Of a stretch of DNA of 50,406 bases, positions 27,975 through 40,296 are shown in pieces. The notes under the pieces were generated by a model. That model had not been told where the DNA came from. It made no database searches and saw only the letters and a program-made list of their open reading frames with translations. The stretch lies in NCBI GenBank assembly GCA_016618085.1, contig JABLTG010000146.1, positions 1-50,406 of the forward strand, read 5' to 3'. The stretch's first letter is position 1. Each line of letters opens with the position of its first letter. A program made the translations under genes and the position numbers. This DNA is from Neovahlkampfia damariscottae. Taxonomy: Eukaryota.

Positions 27975-30182
27975 TTATTTCAAATTTGAGAATTGATGTG
28001 ATTTAAAGTATTCACTTCCGTATTCTTCATAGTCACTTTTTTGAATACAAAAATCATTAAAATTAACTTCTTTTGAAAATAAAGAAGCACCGTTCCATGA
28101 ATCATGTATTGAATCTTCTTGAATAATATTAAATTTTGAATCTTGAGGTCTTATCATTCTAAAATCATTTTCAATTCTATTTTTCATATTTTTGAATAAC
28201 AAATTTCCTCCACACAAAAATAAATTTTGTGAAATGTTATTTTGAATATCTTTTGAATATAAACTCAAAACATTTTCAATTCCTTCAATCAAACCACATG
28301 ATTGTTTACCAATGATAGAAGGTTGAAAAATAATTTCAGGAACGCGAAATCTTTCAAGTGTTAAATGTAATTGATTCATTTGTTGAGGATTCAAATTCAT
28401 TCGATGATCTAAAACAAGTGAATAATAATCATTCTTTATAATTCCTAAACTTTCTTCTATTTCGGAGATTTCTGAATCAATTTTCTTTAAATAATTTTCG
28501 AATTTAATTTCATCATCTTGTGTAATTTCTTTATTCTAAAAATATTAAAGAATTTGATTGGTTACAAATAAATTATAAATTTCCCAATCTTCAGATGATC
28601 GACCAAAATTTTCATCTTCATTTTCTTCATCAATAGCAGAAGCCATTGCTTTTAATCTTTGTTTTGATATATTTGATTTTCTATTTTTTAAATCATTTTG
28701 ATAAGCCCTTGCTTTATCCAATTGATTCAATATTTTTTTTCTTTTTTCTTTTAAATTTTCTAAATATTTTTCTGGATTTTTTGATTTAAATTCTTCTTCT
28801 AATTTTCTTTTTTTATTATTTTCTTCTTGTTCAATTTCTTTTTCTTTTCTTTTTTTTTCCCGCGCTTTTTTTCCACCAATCAAAAGTTTCATTCTTCTTT
28901 TCTTTTTAATTTCTTCTTTTGTTAATTGACTATCCGGAATTTCAATTATTTTTTCATCAATTTCTTCTTCTTCATCAGATTCGATTTCAATATCCAACAC
29001 TTTTTTTAATTTTTTTATTTCAGAAATCAATTTATTTTCATTTTCAAATCCAAATTTTTTTAATTCAATTTCAAATGTTTCTTGATTCATTTTTTTCAAT
29101 TTTTTAATTTCAATTAATTCATTTAATATATTTTCATTTTCTTCTTTTTTTTTTTCTTTTTTTTCTGAAATCATTCCTTTTAATCTTTCACTTGCAATTT
29201 TCCTTTTTTCATCAGACATTTTTTTTACCTCAGGTTCCTTTTTATTTTGAACAATAATATCTCTTACTTCAGGTAATTGTATAATAATTGTATTTTTATT
29301 AAAATAATCACGATCTCTTGATAAACTTCTAATTTGTTGTAAATAATTATTTGATACAATGGTATGATGTTCTTTCAATTGTTGAACATTTTCAACTGTA
29401 ATTGAAGGTCTATGCATTGGATATTTTAATTGCATCAATTTCAACATCAAATCAGTTGCATGAAAACCACCAATAGGTATCCTTTTGTAAAAAGTTTAAA
29501 AAAACAAAAAAATTGGATCTTGTACTTTCTTGATTTCTCTGAATCAAATTTTCCATTTACGAATGGTAATATATGAGTAGAATTAAAACCTGAACTTAAA
29601 ATTAAACCATTTTTTTGGTTAGAATTTTTATAATAACTAAACAAAGAATCAATACCAAAACAAAGAGAAGGTATTTGATAACATTCAAACAATAATTCAG
29701 ATATTCCTTTTCTTGAAGATATTGGTGTATTTGGTTTTTCTGTTATTAAAATTGGATGTTCGATTTTATTTGTATTTATACCAAGTTTAAAAAAAATATA
29801 ATCAAAAATTGATTCTTGAACATCAAAATTTGTAATATAATCTTTAAATTCAAATGCAGATTTTACATGTAATCTTTGATAATCATAAGGTTGTATATCA
29901 TTTCCAATTGAAATACCAGCTGTTTTACCTCTGAATTTTCCAACTAAAGGATGGAATATAACTTTGTTTTGAATAAAATTATTATTTTTTTACGTTTTGG
30001 ATTTTCTTCTCCTGACCAACCACTTTATTTTGAATTTATTTTTTTTTTTTAGTTTACCTTCTATTTGTATATGAACCATTATCAATAATTATTGGTAGTT
30101 TTATTGATTTATAAGGTTTATAGTTCATCACTGAATCAGGAGTATGATACACATCTTCAAAGTGATAAATTGCTTCACTCAT
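27975..30182 (-). CDS. ARP5: Actin-related protein 5 (INO80 complex)
   Basis: PIIIDNGSY..R.GW, HPILITE, ELLFECYQIPSLCFGIDSLFS, LMQLKYP, a charged insertion, FG.SSEDWEIY, ERFRVPEIIFQP and YEEYGSEYFKSH. Confidence 0.92.
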
Positions 30183-30224
30183 TTTTGTCCAATGAAAATA
30201 CTGTTTTCAAAAACATAAACTCTT

Positions 30225-30759
30225 TTATTTTTGAACCCATTTAATGGTATTCCACTCAAAAATTTCAAATGCAGATTCTTCATGAACCTTCAAATCAACC
30301 ATTTCACAATTTTTTGAAAACAATTTTTTTGATATTTCTGCATAGTTCAATTTGTGTTCCATTTGTCTTGATTCTTCAATGTTGATTTTCTTTATCAAAT
30401 TTGAATTTTCAATAGAATATTTTTCCATTGTTTGTCGATATTTCAATGATAATTCTTCAAATTCACTTCTCAATGATTCATTTTCACTGGTTAATTCTTC
30501 AATTTTCCTTTCTAAATTTTTAGGGATTTCACATCTATTTTCTTGAATTTTAAATTGAAATGGAATTGATGTTGACCCTGAATCAAGTTAGATCAATTTA
30601 TTTCTCACCAAACATTTTACTCTCCTAAACAAATTAATTCTATTTAAAAAATACATGATTGATTTGTTCGAGAATTATTTCTTCTCTGTTTCTTTTTCTA
30701 CTTGGAAGAAAAAACCATTCATTCACAATATCTTTTGGAGTTTTCTTATTTTGATCCAT
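30225..30759 (-). CDS. Small hypothetical coiled-coil protein
   Basis: ATG 30759 with a GATTGG box at 30781. Two GT-AG introns flank a 16-nt exon (30624-30609) and join in frame to ORF 30225-30473. Confidence 0.55.
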
Positions 30760-31071
30760 TTGAAGTTGGGTTTCAGATCCGATTGGTTGTATATGGAAAA
30801 ATTCTACTTACAAACAACTTGAATATTGGATAAATCAGGTTCATGCTCAATATTTATTTGGCTATTGTTCACTTTTTTCTGGACAAATCTATTTCATCAT
30901 TCGTTCCATAACATGTAGATCAAGGTGAATTGTAAAATTTTAAATGTTTTGTCAGTTTTGAATTTAATTTTCTGGTTAACCTAAATAGAGACTGTAACAA
31001 AAAATAATCTGAGCATGATTGGTCTGATTGGTGGGATTTTATGAATATGCTTTTGACAACAATCAAATAAT

Positions 31072-32606
31072 TTAATGACACTTTAAATTTTGGCAAACAA
31101 TTACACCACCATCATGAAGAACCATAGGTAATAATCTATTATTCATCACTTTAGGTGATTTTACTCTTGATCTGATGGTGTTGGATTCAAATTTATCACA
31201 ATTAACATCACTACATTTCAGGAATTTCAAATCATCACCATAATTATAAACCATTACAGGTAATCCATCAATTGTTAAATCCATTGATAAATCAAGACCT
31301 CCATCTGTCAATATTTTTGATTGTCCATTTCTCCAGAATTTAACTTTATTTATCTTTGTTGAATGGTATCCAATAATAGGACCCTCAGATGTGATTAATA
31401 AATGATGACTAAAAGCTGATCCATTTTCAACAATTTCAACTTTATATTTGTCACAAAGTTTTGTTTGACAAGTAAGGAGTTTTAAACTATTTGTAGTGAG
31501 ATCATGATATGAAATTATTGGAAGATTATTATATAAATGAATATTTGTTTGACCAACTTTGTTTGGTGATAATAAAACAAATGTACTATTTGAACAAATT
31601 TGTGTTTCACAGTTTACTAATTTTAATCCATCAGATGTATCATAAAGTAACATATTATAGTTATCTCTCAAGAGAAATGAAATACGATCAGTTTTTGCAG
31701 AATGATCAATTGTATTTAATTCTCCTGAGTGTCCAACAAAATAATCAAAATATACATTTGCTCGATAAATCTGATAAAAATTTTTGAATGGTTCAATTAT
31801 TTACCTTTTCATCTTTTCCAACAAGTGCTAATGCTGCATTTCCATTAATATCAATTTTTGAATCAATTGCTAAAAATGATGGAATTTCAAATAATTCTTG
31901 ATCTATTTCAAATGATATGAGTTCAAATTATTATGGATTTACTCTTTTTATTTCTAACTTCAAAATTTCTGAACTTCATAAAATTGATTCCAGAAACTTA
32001 AAAAATTAAAACGAAAAATAATCAAACCATAAAGGAAACTATTTTTAGAATAATATTGAAACATTAAAACAACTCCATTATTATAAACATTTGCAGAAAA
32101 TGGATGATATAACTTGATTTCTTTTTGAACTTGATTTGCTAATAATAATTAAAAAAATGAAAGTTAATACCTCTAATTCTAATTCCAAGATTACTATTTG
32201 ACAGTTTTGAATATTCTTCATTCATTTTTTTTTCCAAACTATCTTTTTCTATTTTCAATTGTCCAATAACTCTATTTTGTTCAACTAAACTATTTGATAA
32301 TTCTTTCATTTTTTCTGTCAATTTCTTGACAAGTGGTAATGAAGATGAACTGTTAATTTTTGAGAATTGATATGCCATAAAAAATTGAATAGAAACTGAA
32401 AGTACAGCTATAAATATACCAACTAAAATAAATTGAATGATTCTTGTTTTTTCAAATGCTGTTGGTTCTTTTTTTTTTGAAAAATTATTTTTGATTAAAC
32501 TTTCTGTATCTGATACTTCTTCATCATCTTTCAACATGTCATTGAATACATCATCAATAGGTTCTTCGTTGTTGACTTCATTGTTAATGACTTCTTTGTC
32601 TTGCAT
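31072..32606 (-). CDS. Type II membrane protein: TM helix, coiled coil, C-terminal cysteine-containing propeller-like repeats
   Basis: TM helix IIQFILVGIFIAVLSVSIQFFMAY. Four introns join in frame to ORF 31072-31671, which has repeats LPIISYHD..LKLLTC...C, GPIIGYH and GLPVMVY..LKFLKC...C. Confidence 0.65.
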
Positions 32607-32664
32607 GTTAACAAAGTGTTTTTCTATTGGTGGAAAAAAGACCTTGAATACACAAACAATTTAT

Positions 32665-33300
32665 TTACATTTTAATACCCAACTCTTTTAAGAGTTTTTC
32701 TGTTTCTGGATCCGATTTTTCTTCTTGTTTTTTTAAAGTTGTTTTTCCAGTTTGAATTGAATCCAATTTGTTCGAAGTTTCAACTCCTATTTCATCTAAA
32801 ACTTGTGACACTGCATTATCAACCTCTTCTTCATCTTCTTCTCCAAGTCCATCCATTAAATCATCCAACATTTCATCAGATATATCCATTTTTGCATTTT
32901 GTTTTTGAAAATTCATCATAACGTCATTCATTTGTTTTGGATCCATTTTTGCATTAACACTATCCATAACTTTATTTGTTTTTGCCATTGAATTAAGTAG
33001 TGTTTGATTCGCTCCTGCTGTAGTTGCTTTATATTTCATTGCGTTCATAGTGCTTCCCATTTTTGTTAATCTTTGTTGTTGTTCTCTAACTTGAACAATA
33101 TTTTTTGCTATTAATTTTGCTGAATATTGATCTCCTTTTCTTAAAGCATTTTTCATTTCTGAAACCATTTTTTGTTCTTCTTGTTGTAATCTCTGTTTTT
33201 CTTTTTCCATAGTCCTTGCTTCTTTTTCTATTCCTCTTTTTTGTTCTCTTTGAATTTGTCTTTCATTTTTTTTTTCTTCTTTGCCAAAAATATAATCCAT
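32665..33300 (-). CDS. CHMP2: ESCRT-III subunit Vps2/CHMP2
   Basis: Snf7-family protein with AKLIAKNIVQVR, MNFQKQNAKMDISDEMLDD and VSQVLDEIGVE. Confidence 0.88.
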   Translation of the reverse strand: MDYIFGKEEKKNERQIQREQKRGIEKEARTMEKEKQRLQQEEQKMVSEMKNALRKGDQYSAKLIAKNIVQVREQQQRLTKMGSTMNAMKYKATTAGANQTLLNSMAKTNKVMDSVNAKMDPKQMNDVMMNFQKQNAKMDISDEMLDDLMDGLGEEDEEEVDNAVSQVLDEIGVETSNKLDSIQTGKTTLKKQEEKSDPETEKLLKELGIKM

Positions 33301-33462
33301 CTGTTGTTTGGTGCACTTGGAATTGATGAAACAAAATTATTGGTGGACAAAAATAAACTTGAACTGATGAAAATAAAATTGATTTTTTTTTTTTGATTAA
33401 AAAATAAATTAAATTCTAAAGTTGATGAGAATTTTAATCCAATAAGATACGTTGAAAAAATC

Positions 33463-34576
33463 ATGTCAGTTTGGGATGAAGTTTTCACTTATGATGCATT
33501 AGCTCATGCTATTGCAGGTACAGCAGGAGGCCAAACTTCAATGTCTTTATTTTATCCTTTGGACCATATTAGAACATATCTTCAAGTTAATGGTGATAAA
33601 AACAAAGTTTGAAAAAAAAAAAAAAAAAAAATTAAAAAAAAAAGTCAACATTTGAAAATATTAAAGACCTCATTGAAAAAGAAGGTAAGATAAATATATA
33701 AAAATGAAACCAAAAAAAGGAATTGCTTCACTTTATAGTGGACTAAGACCAGTCTTAACAAGTTTGGTAATGTTAAAAAATCTTCTAACAATATTTTATT
33801 AAAGGCTTGTTCAAATTTTGTTTATTTCTACAGTTACAATATGTTAAAAACTTATGTAAAATCAAGAACAGAGTTAACAACTGCGAAAAATTTATTAGTT
33901 GCTGCTGTTGCAGGTAAAACAAATATTTTCTGAAACTTTAAAAAAAGGTGTAATTAATGTTTACGTTACATGTCCATTATGGGTAGTTTGTAAGAAAAAA
34001 AAAAATTAAACAAAAAAAAGCAACTCAATTACGTCTTCAACAAAAATCTGAAAAAAAAAGATTTAATGGAATTATTGATGGAATACAAACTATTGCACGT
34101 GAAGATGGTATTACATCACTTTGGAATGGTGCATTAGCAAGCACAGTAAAAAAAATAAAACAAAATATTAAAAAAAAAAAAAGATGTTAGTTTCAAATCC
34201 AACTATTCAATTTGTCACTTATGATAAATTAAAATCATACATGGATAAATCTGATTTATCAAGTTGGGAAATATTTTTACTTGGATCACTTTCAAAAGCA
34301 ATTGCAACAGTTTTAACCTATCCAATTCAAGTAGCACAATCAAATATGAGATCAAAACATAAATCAACAAAAGATTTAGAAATACAAAAACAAAAACCAA
34401 AATATGCAAATACTATTGATTGTTTAATGAAATTATTTAAAGAAAATGGAATTTATGGATGGTTTAAAGGATTAGATGTTAAATTACTTCAAACAGTTTT
34501 AAGTTCAGCATTTCATTTTGTTGCATATGAAAAGATTGTTGGTATAATACTTGAATTAATCACAACAAAAAAATAA
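33463..34576 (+). CDS. SLC25A17: Mitochondrial-carrier-family peroxisomal nucleotide/cofactor transporter (PMP34-like)
   Basis: AHAIAGTAGG..FYPLDHIRTYLQV, SNFVYFYSY, TCPLWVV.TQL, LVSNPTIQF and TYPIQV. Six introns. Confidence 0.88.
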
Positions 34577-34579
34577 AAT

Positions 34580-37125
34580 TCATTTTTTATTAAATAAATT
34601 ACCAAAAAAACTACGTTGTGTATTACCTGATTGATTTGAATTTAAATTTTTTGTATTTCCATAAGAAGTACCAGTTGATAATTTTGTTAAAATATTTGAA
34701 ACTTTGTTTGTCATTTCTTGTGAATTATAAAGATTTTGAAATTTTTGTAAAATTTGTTTTCTATTTGTTTCAATTGATTTTGTATCAACTTGATTTTCTA
34801 ATAAAAATTCAATAATTTTTTTTAATTCAACAAATAATTGTTTACAACTTTCAATTCCATAAGATTCAATTAATTTATCAAAACTTATAACATCTTCATA
34901 TAAATCTTTTAATCCATTATAATTTAATTTTTTAATATCTGATTCAATTAAAACCTTTAAAAGATGTTAGAAAAAGTATCTCTTTTTTTTTTTTTTACTG
35001 ATAATGAATTTGATATTAATTGAAATGATTTAAACATAATCATTTCACGTTTTTCTTTTATTAAATATTTATTTGATTGAGCTGAATTTTCTAAAAGAAT
35101 AATAATATCTTGTATAAATGGATGTATTGTATTTGAAGATATTTTTGGATTCCAATTAATTGAAGAAGATAATTTTAATGCTTCTTTAATTTTATAATAC
35201 ATAATATTAATTATAGTTTCTTCTGATTTTAAAATCATTTCTTTTAATAATTTTTTTGGTGAATTTAAAAATTCATTTCCTTCAATTTTTTTTTTTGATT
35301 GTTTTTGATAAATTTTTTCAAAATATTTACAAGCTTTAATTAAATAATTACAATTAATTGTAATTTGAGCAGCTTGAGATAAAGTTGGATTTGGACCAAT
35401 AATAACTTTATCATAATATGAATTTACAACGAATAAGATTTGAGTTATACCTTCTTTACACATATCATCAACGTCTGTAATTTCTCTACCATAATCAAAT
35501 AATTGTGATATTAATTTTGTTATAATAACACAAATTGATGGTATTGAAGTTGTAAATGGTACTAATAATGGAAATGTAATTTGTCTATCTTCTTCAAGAT
35601 TATATTCAACTAATTTTAAAAATTCTTCTTTAAAAACTTCAAATGGAATATATCTTTCATTTTCCATTAAATTTGCAATTTCTTTTTTAACATTTGATAA
35701 TACGGAATCATAAAATTTTAATTTAAATGATGCAATTAAATCTAAAATGAAAGATATATCAAGACCAATATGATTTGAAATTGAACTTGAAAATAATGAA
35801 ACTATATCTTTTAATGATAAAAGATACATTGCATCTTTTGAATTTTTATATTCTTCATCTAATACTTTTTGTAATTCATCTTGTATTCTTTCCCATATTA
35901 AATTTAATTCAACAATTGAAATTAATCCTTTTGTTGAATTTAAAATATGATGTTCAACTGCTAAATGTCCTAATATCCAACATAACCATTCTTGAAATTC
36001 TTCAACTTTTCCATTTTTTGGTATTTGTGATAATTTTTGTTTAACTTGAACCCATCTTGTTTCTTTAAAATTCTTTATAAATTCATCTTCAATTCCAAGT
36101 TTACAATAAACATGTTTACAATTATAAACTGAAATAAAAGGTACTTCATATGGATTAATTTTAGTTTCTTGATATTTTTTAGCTTCATTTGGATCTCTTT
36201 TAATCAAATCTAATCCTTGATTCTTTAAAATTTCATATATATTTTCATCAGTAGTTTCTAAATAATTTGTTGTAAAATCACATGATGGATCTTCTAATAA
36301 ATTCTTCATAATAATTGATTCAATTTCTTTGTTTTTTTGTGTTTTTTCTAATAATAAAATACCAATTCTTGAATTATGAACATCTTTCATTTTTACTAAC
36401 CAATCATTAAATTGTCTTACAACATTTTTTTTTATTTTTTCTTTCATGATTGCAATATATTGATCAAAGTATGTTGTAAATTCATATTTGTTAATATTTT
36501 TTAAATTCTCTTCTAATTGGTCTAAAGTTTTTAATGCTGGATAATATTTTTCTTCTTCAAATTGTTTATTCGTTTTAGTGGCTAATGATGCTATAATTTG
36601 ACATTTTTCAACAACTGTAATTGCTGATTGAATATTATTATCAACTGTATAAAATGTAACTGTTCTTCTTCCTCTATCAAGTGCGACATTACCTGCTGAT
36701 GTAATAGCATCATTCACTTTTTCAATTTTACTTCTAAGAGCAACTGCTTCAGAAGTAACTTCTTTTAAATGACTAACACTTTGTAAAAATTCCTAAAAAT
36801 TAATTTAAAATAACATACTTCATAATGGTCAGAGCATAATACTTTAATTTCTTCATTTTTTTTTTCTTTGAATGTTTTTAAGGTTATTAAAAAGTCATCT
36901 TGTTTATTTCTTTCAAAAACAGTTTTTAATGAACCTGTAATAAATCCTCCTTCAACTAAACCTGATAAAATGAAGTCCTAGATTTTTATTTTCTTTTTTT
37001 TTTTGTTTTACGTCTGAACCAAGATTTTTTGTTCCTAATCCTGATGATGATAATTCATTTTGTTTATCAACAACTCTTAGACCAGCTCCAGGTAAACTCA
37101 ATCGATTTTTTGAATTTCGACTCAT
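34580..37125 (-). CDS. SEC15: Exocyst subunit Sec15/EXOC6
   Basis: EIKVLCSDHYEEFLQSVSHL, KYYPALKTLDQLE, FNDWLVKMK, VYNCKHVY, VPFT and QAAQITIN. Three introns. Confidence 0.88.
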
Positions 37126-37167
37126 GGATTTTACAGATGAGTTTTACCAACCAATTTTATTGGTCAA

Positions 37168-37715
37168 ATGAAACTTGTTCAATTTTTCAAACCTTCAACA
37201 AAAATTTTGAGAATTCAAAATTTAATTCAAAAACAACGATTTTATAACACAAATAAATTAAATGAAGAAAAAATTGACAAAATAAAAGTTGAGTTAAAAA
37301 AGGAAAAGGAAAATAAAACAGAAGAGGAGGAAGTAAAGGTAAAGACAGTTGAAGAATTAAGAAAAGAAGCAGCAGAAGCAGAAGAAATGATAAAAAAACA
37401 AGCAGAAATGGATAAAATAACAAAGAAACTATTGTTTAAAGCATTAAGGTAATGATAAAAGAATCTTAAATTTCAATTAGATCAACTGTAATCGTTGTTG
37501 TTTGTTTAGTTGTTGGTGCAGTACTTTATACAATGGGGAAAGGAAAAGAAAAAAAATTCTTTGCTTCACTCTTTGATTCCTTTAAAAAATCAGATAAAAA
37601 TGAAACACAAGTTGATTCAAAAAGTCAGCAATTAATTAATGAAATGAAAGAAGGTGCTTATCCAATCAATGAAAAAGGAGAAATGGAATACGACGATGAA
37701 AATGAAAAAAAATAA
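37168..37715 (+). CDS. Hypothetical single-TM protein with mitochondrial-type presequence
   Basis: Basic N-terminus ending QRFY, an acidic coiled segment, one intron at ~37449-37480, and TM helix TVIVVVCLVVGAVLY. Confidence 0.6.
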
Positions 37716-37811
37716 AATTTTTGAGAGAATGATTAAGAATATTTCTTAGAATTATAATCTAGAATTATTAATGATTCTTTTTTCTCAAAGACTTTTTTTC
37801 ACCAATCAAAC

Positions 37812-38613
37812 ATGAGTGAATTTATTCTTGGAATCGATGAAGCAGGAAGAGGACCAGTGTTAGGTTTGAAAAAAAGAAATTAAAAAAATAGGACCTATGG
37901 TATATTCATGTGCATATACAAATAAAGAAACAGATTTATCACAGTTTAAAGTTAACGACAGTAAACAATTAAATGAAAAAGAAAGAAATTCAATTTTTAG
38001 TCAAATGAAGTCACAACCAAAATTAATACAAAATAATTTAGTAATTATAGGAGCACATGAACTCAGTACAAAAATGTTAAAACGAGAGAAATATAATTTA
38101 AATTTAATTTCACATGATGCTGCTGAACAGTTGATTCGAATTTCAAATGAGCAGATTCAAAATATGAATGGTATATTAAAAGAAGTTTATGTTGATACTG
38201 TTGGAGATCCTCAAAAATATCAAAATAAGCTTCAAAGTTATTTTCCAGATATCAAAATTGTAGTTTCAAAAAAAGCTGATTCTATTTATCCAATTGTATC
38301 AGCAGCATCTATATTCGCAAAAGTAACACGTGACAAAATACTTTCAGAATCAAATTTTACAAATGTTGGTTCTGGTTATACTTCAGATGCTAAAACAGTT
38401 GAATGGTTGAAATCAAACAAAAATAATTTATTTGGATACTCAAATGAAATTGTTAGGTTCAGTTGGTCAACTGTAAAAAAAATAATTGATGATCCAATTT
38501 CTGTAGAATGGTCAGATGATGAAGATGAAGAATTAAATATTTCAAATCAAAAAATTAACAATAGATTTTATTTTTTTAATGATAGAAATTTAAAAAATAT
38601 AAATAATATTTGA
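37812..38613 (+). CDS. RNASEH2A: Ribonuclease H2 catalytic subunit A
   Basis: LGIDEAGRGPVLG|PMVY, DSKQL, VYVDTVG, KADSIYPIVSAASIFAKVTRD, GSGY and VRFSWST. Confidence 0.96.
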
Positions 38614-38681
38614 AAAATAAAAAAATTAAATTCTAAATCAATGCTGTATTTTTATTGGTCAATTTTTGGGTACAAATAAAA

Positions 38682-39532
38682 ATGGATGAAACTGAAGTGA
38701 AAGGAAAAAATGATTTTAAATTTATGACAATACAAGATGAAGATGATATTATATTAGATCCAGAAGAATTAATTGCATATGAAAATTTAAAAAAAGCAGA
38801 AAAATATTTCCAAGCACAAAGTCAAACACAAGAAGAAAAATCATCAGTAGCTAAAGCAATTTTACCAAGTTCATTAATGATAAATGAAGAAGACAGATTA
38901 AAAGAAAAATTAAAAGAAATTAAAATAAAAAATGAAAAATGGGTTGAAACACTTTGCTTGGATACAAAAGAACAAATAAAATTAGAAAATTTTGATGATG
39001 AATTTGAAAGAGAAAATTTATTGTAAGAAATATTAATAATTGAATTTTAATTGTCAAAAGTTATCAACAAACCTTAGAAACATCATATTTAGCATGGGAT
39101 AAAATGAGAGAAGAAAATATTCCTTTAATTCGACCAGATGATTATTTTGCTGAAATGTTAAAATCTGATAAACAAATGTTGAAAATTAAAGAAAATTTGA
39201 TTTCAAAAAAGAAAGAAATTCAACAAAGAGAATTAAATCAACAAAGAAAAGAACAAAAGAAATTTGGAAAACAAATTCAACAACAAAAATTGAAAGAAAA
39301 GATTCAAAAAAAGAAACAAAATTTAGAAGCTATCAAATATTGGAAAACAAGTCAAAAAGGAAAAGAATTTGATATTAAAAAATTAGATGAAAATGTTAAA
39401 TTAATGCAAGAAAATAATATTAGAGATGCTGATACTTTTAAAAAATTTAAGAATATTCAAAATTCAAAAAAACCATCAGGTGTTAAAAAAAATCAAAAAA
39501 GACCAGGCAAATCAAAAAGAAGAAGAAAATAA
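38682..39532 (+). CDS. EBP2: rRNA-processing protein EBP2
   Basis: WVETL, DDEFERE, RPDDYFAEMLKSDKQM, KKFGKQIQ and C-terminal KRPGKSKR. One intron. Confidence 0.92.
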
Positions 39533-39662
39533 AATTTTTGAACGTTGAAAAACTTTGTTATTTAAATTTTTTAAAAATGAAAATACAATAAATTTAATGG
39601 TTTTCATTTCTTTATCAATTTTTATTGGTATTCAATTGACCAATCATTTCATACCCCAGAAA

Positions 39663-40055
39663 ATGTCTTTTATTGAACAACTCAAACCAACTCTCAAAAA
39701 ACTTTTTGATGTGCATGATTTAAATGGTGATGGTGTTATTAGTGTTGAAGAATTTTCATCATTATTCGAAAAAATGAACCCAGTAAGTTGGTTTTCTTTT
39801 ATTCACATTTTAAAAAGGATGCTCCAGGCGCAGTCAAACAAGATGCGTTCAAACAAATGGATACTGATGGTAATGGAACTGTAACAGTAGAAGATACTTA
39901 CTTATTCTTTGAAAATATTGGAAAAACGTTTGTCTATTTTTTTTTAAATTATTTTTCTTAGAGTTCCAAATGAACAAGTTGACAGTGCTGTAGCACATTT
40001 CAAACAAATGCTTGAACCACAAATCCAAGCTCTTGAACAAGCAAAAAAACAATAA
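39663..40055 (+). CDS. Small two-EF-hand calcium-binding protein
   Basis: EF loops DLNGDGVISVEE and DTDGNGTVTVED joined across two introns; CCAATC at 39641. Confidence 0.85.
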
Positions 40056-40296
40056 ATTATTATTTACTTCATAAAAAAAACAAATTTGAAATTTCATCAA
40101 CCCATTTACCTGTTTTTCCTCCCAAGAATATGATGAATCTTGGACAAGGTAGAATGATGGCATTGTCAGAAGGAAAATCTAGTGGATGATGTGTGTCAGA
40201 ACTGTACTGTGGAATATCACCAAAACTCGAACAAAATCCATTGTTGATTTGTTCAACCAATTAAAATCTTGCATGTAATTTCGAATAGAAATGATT

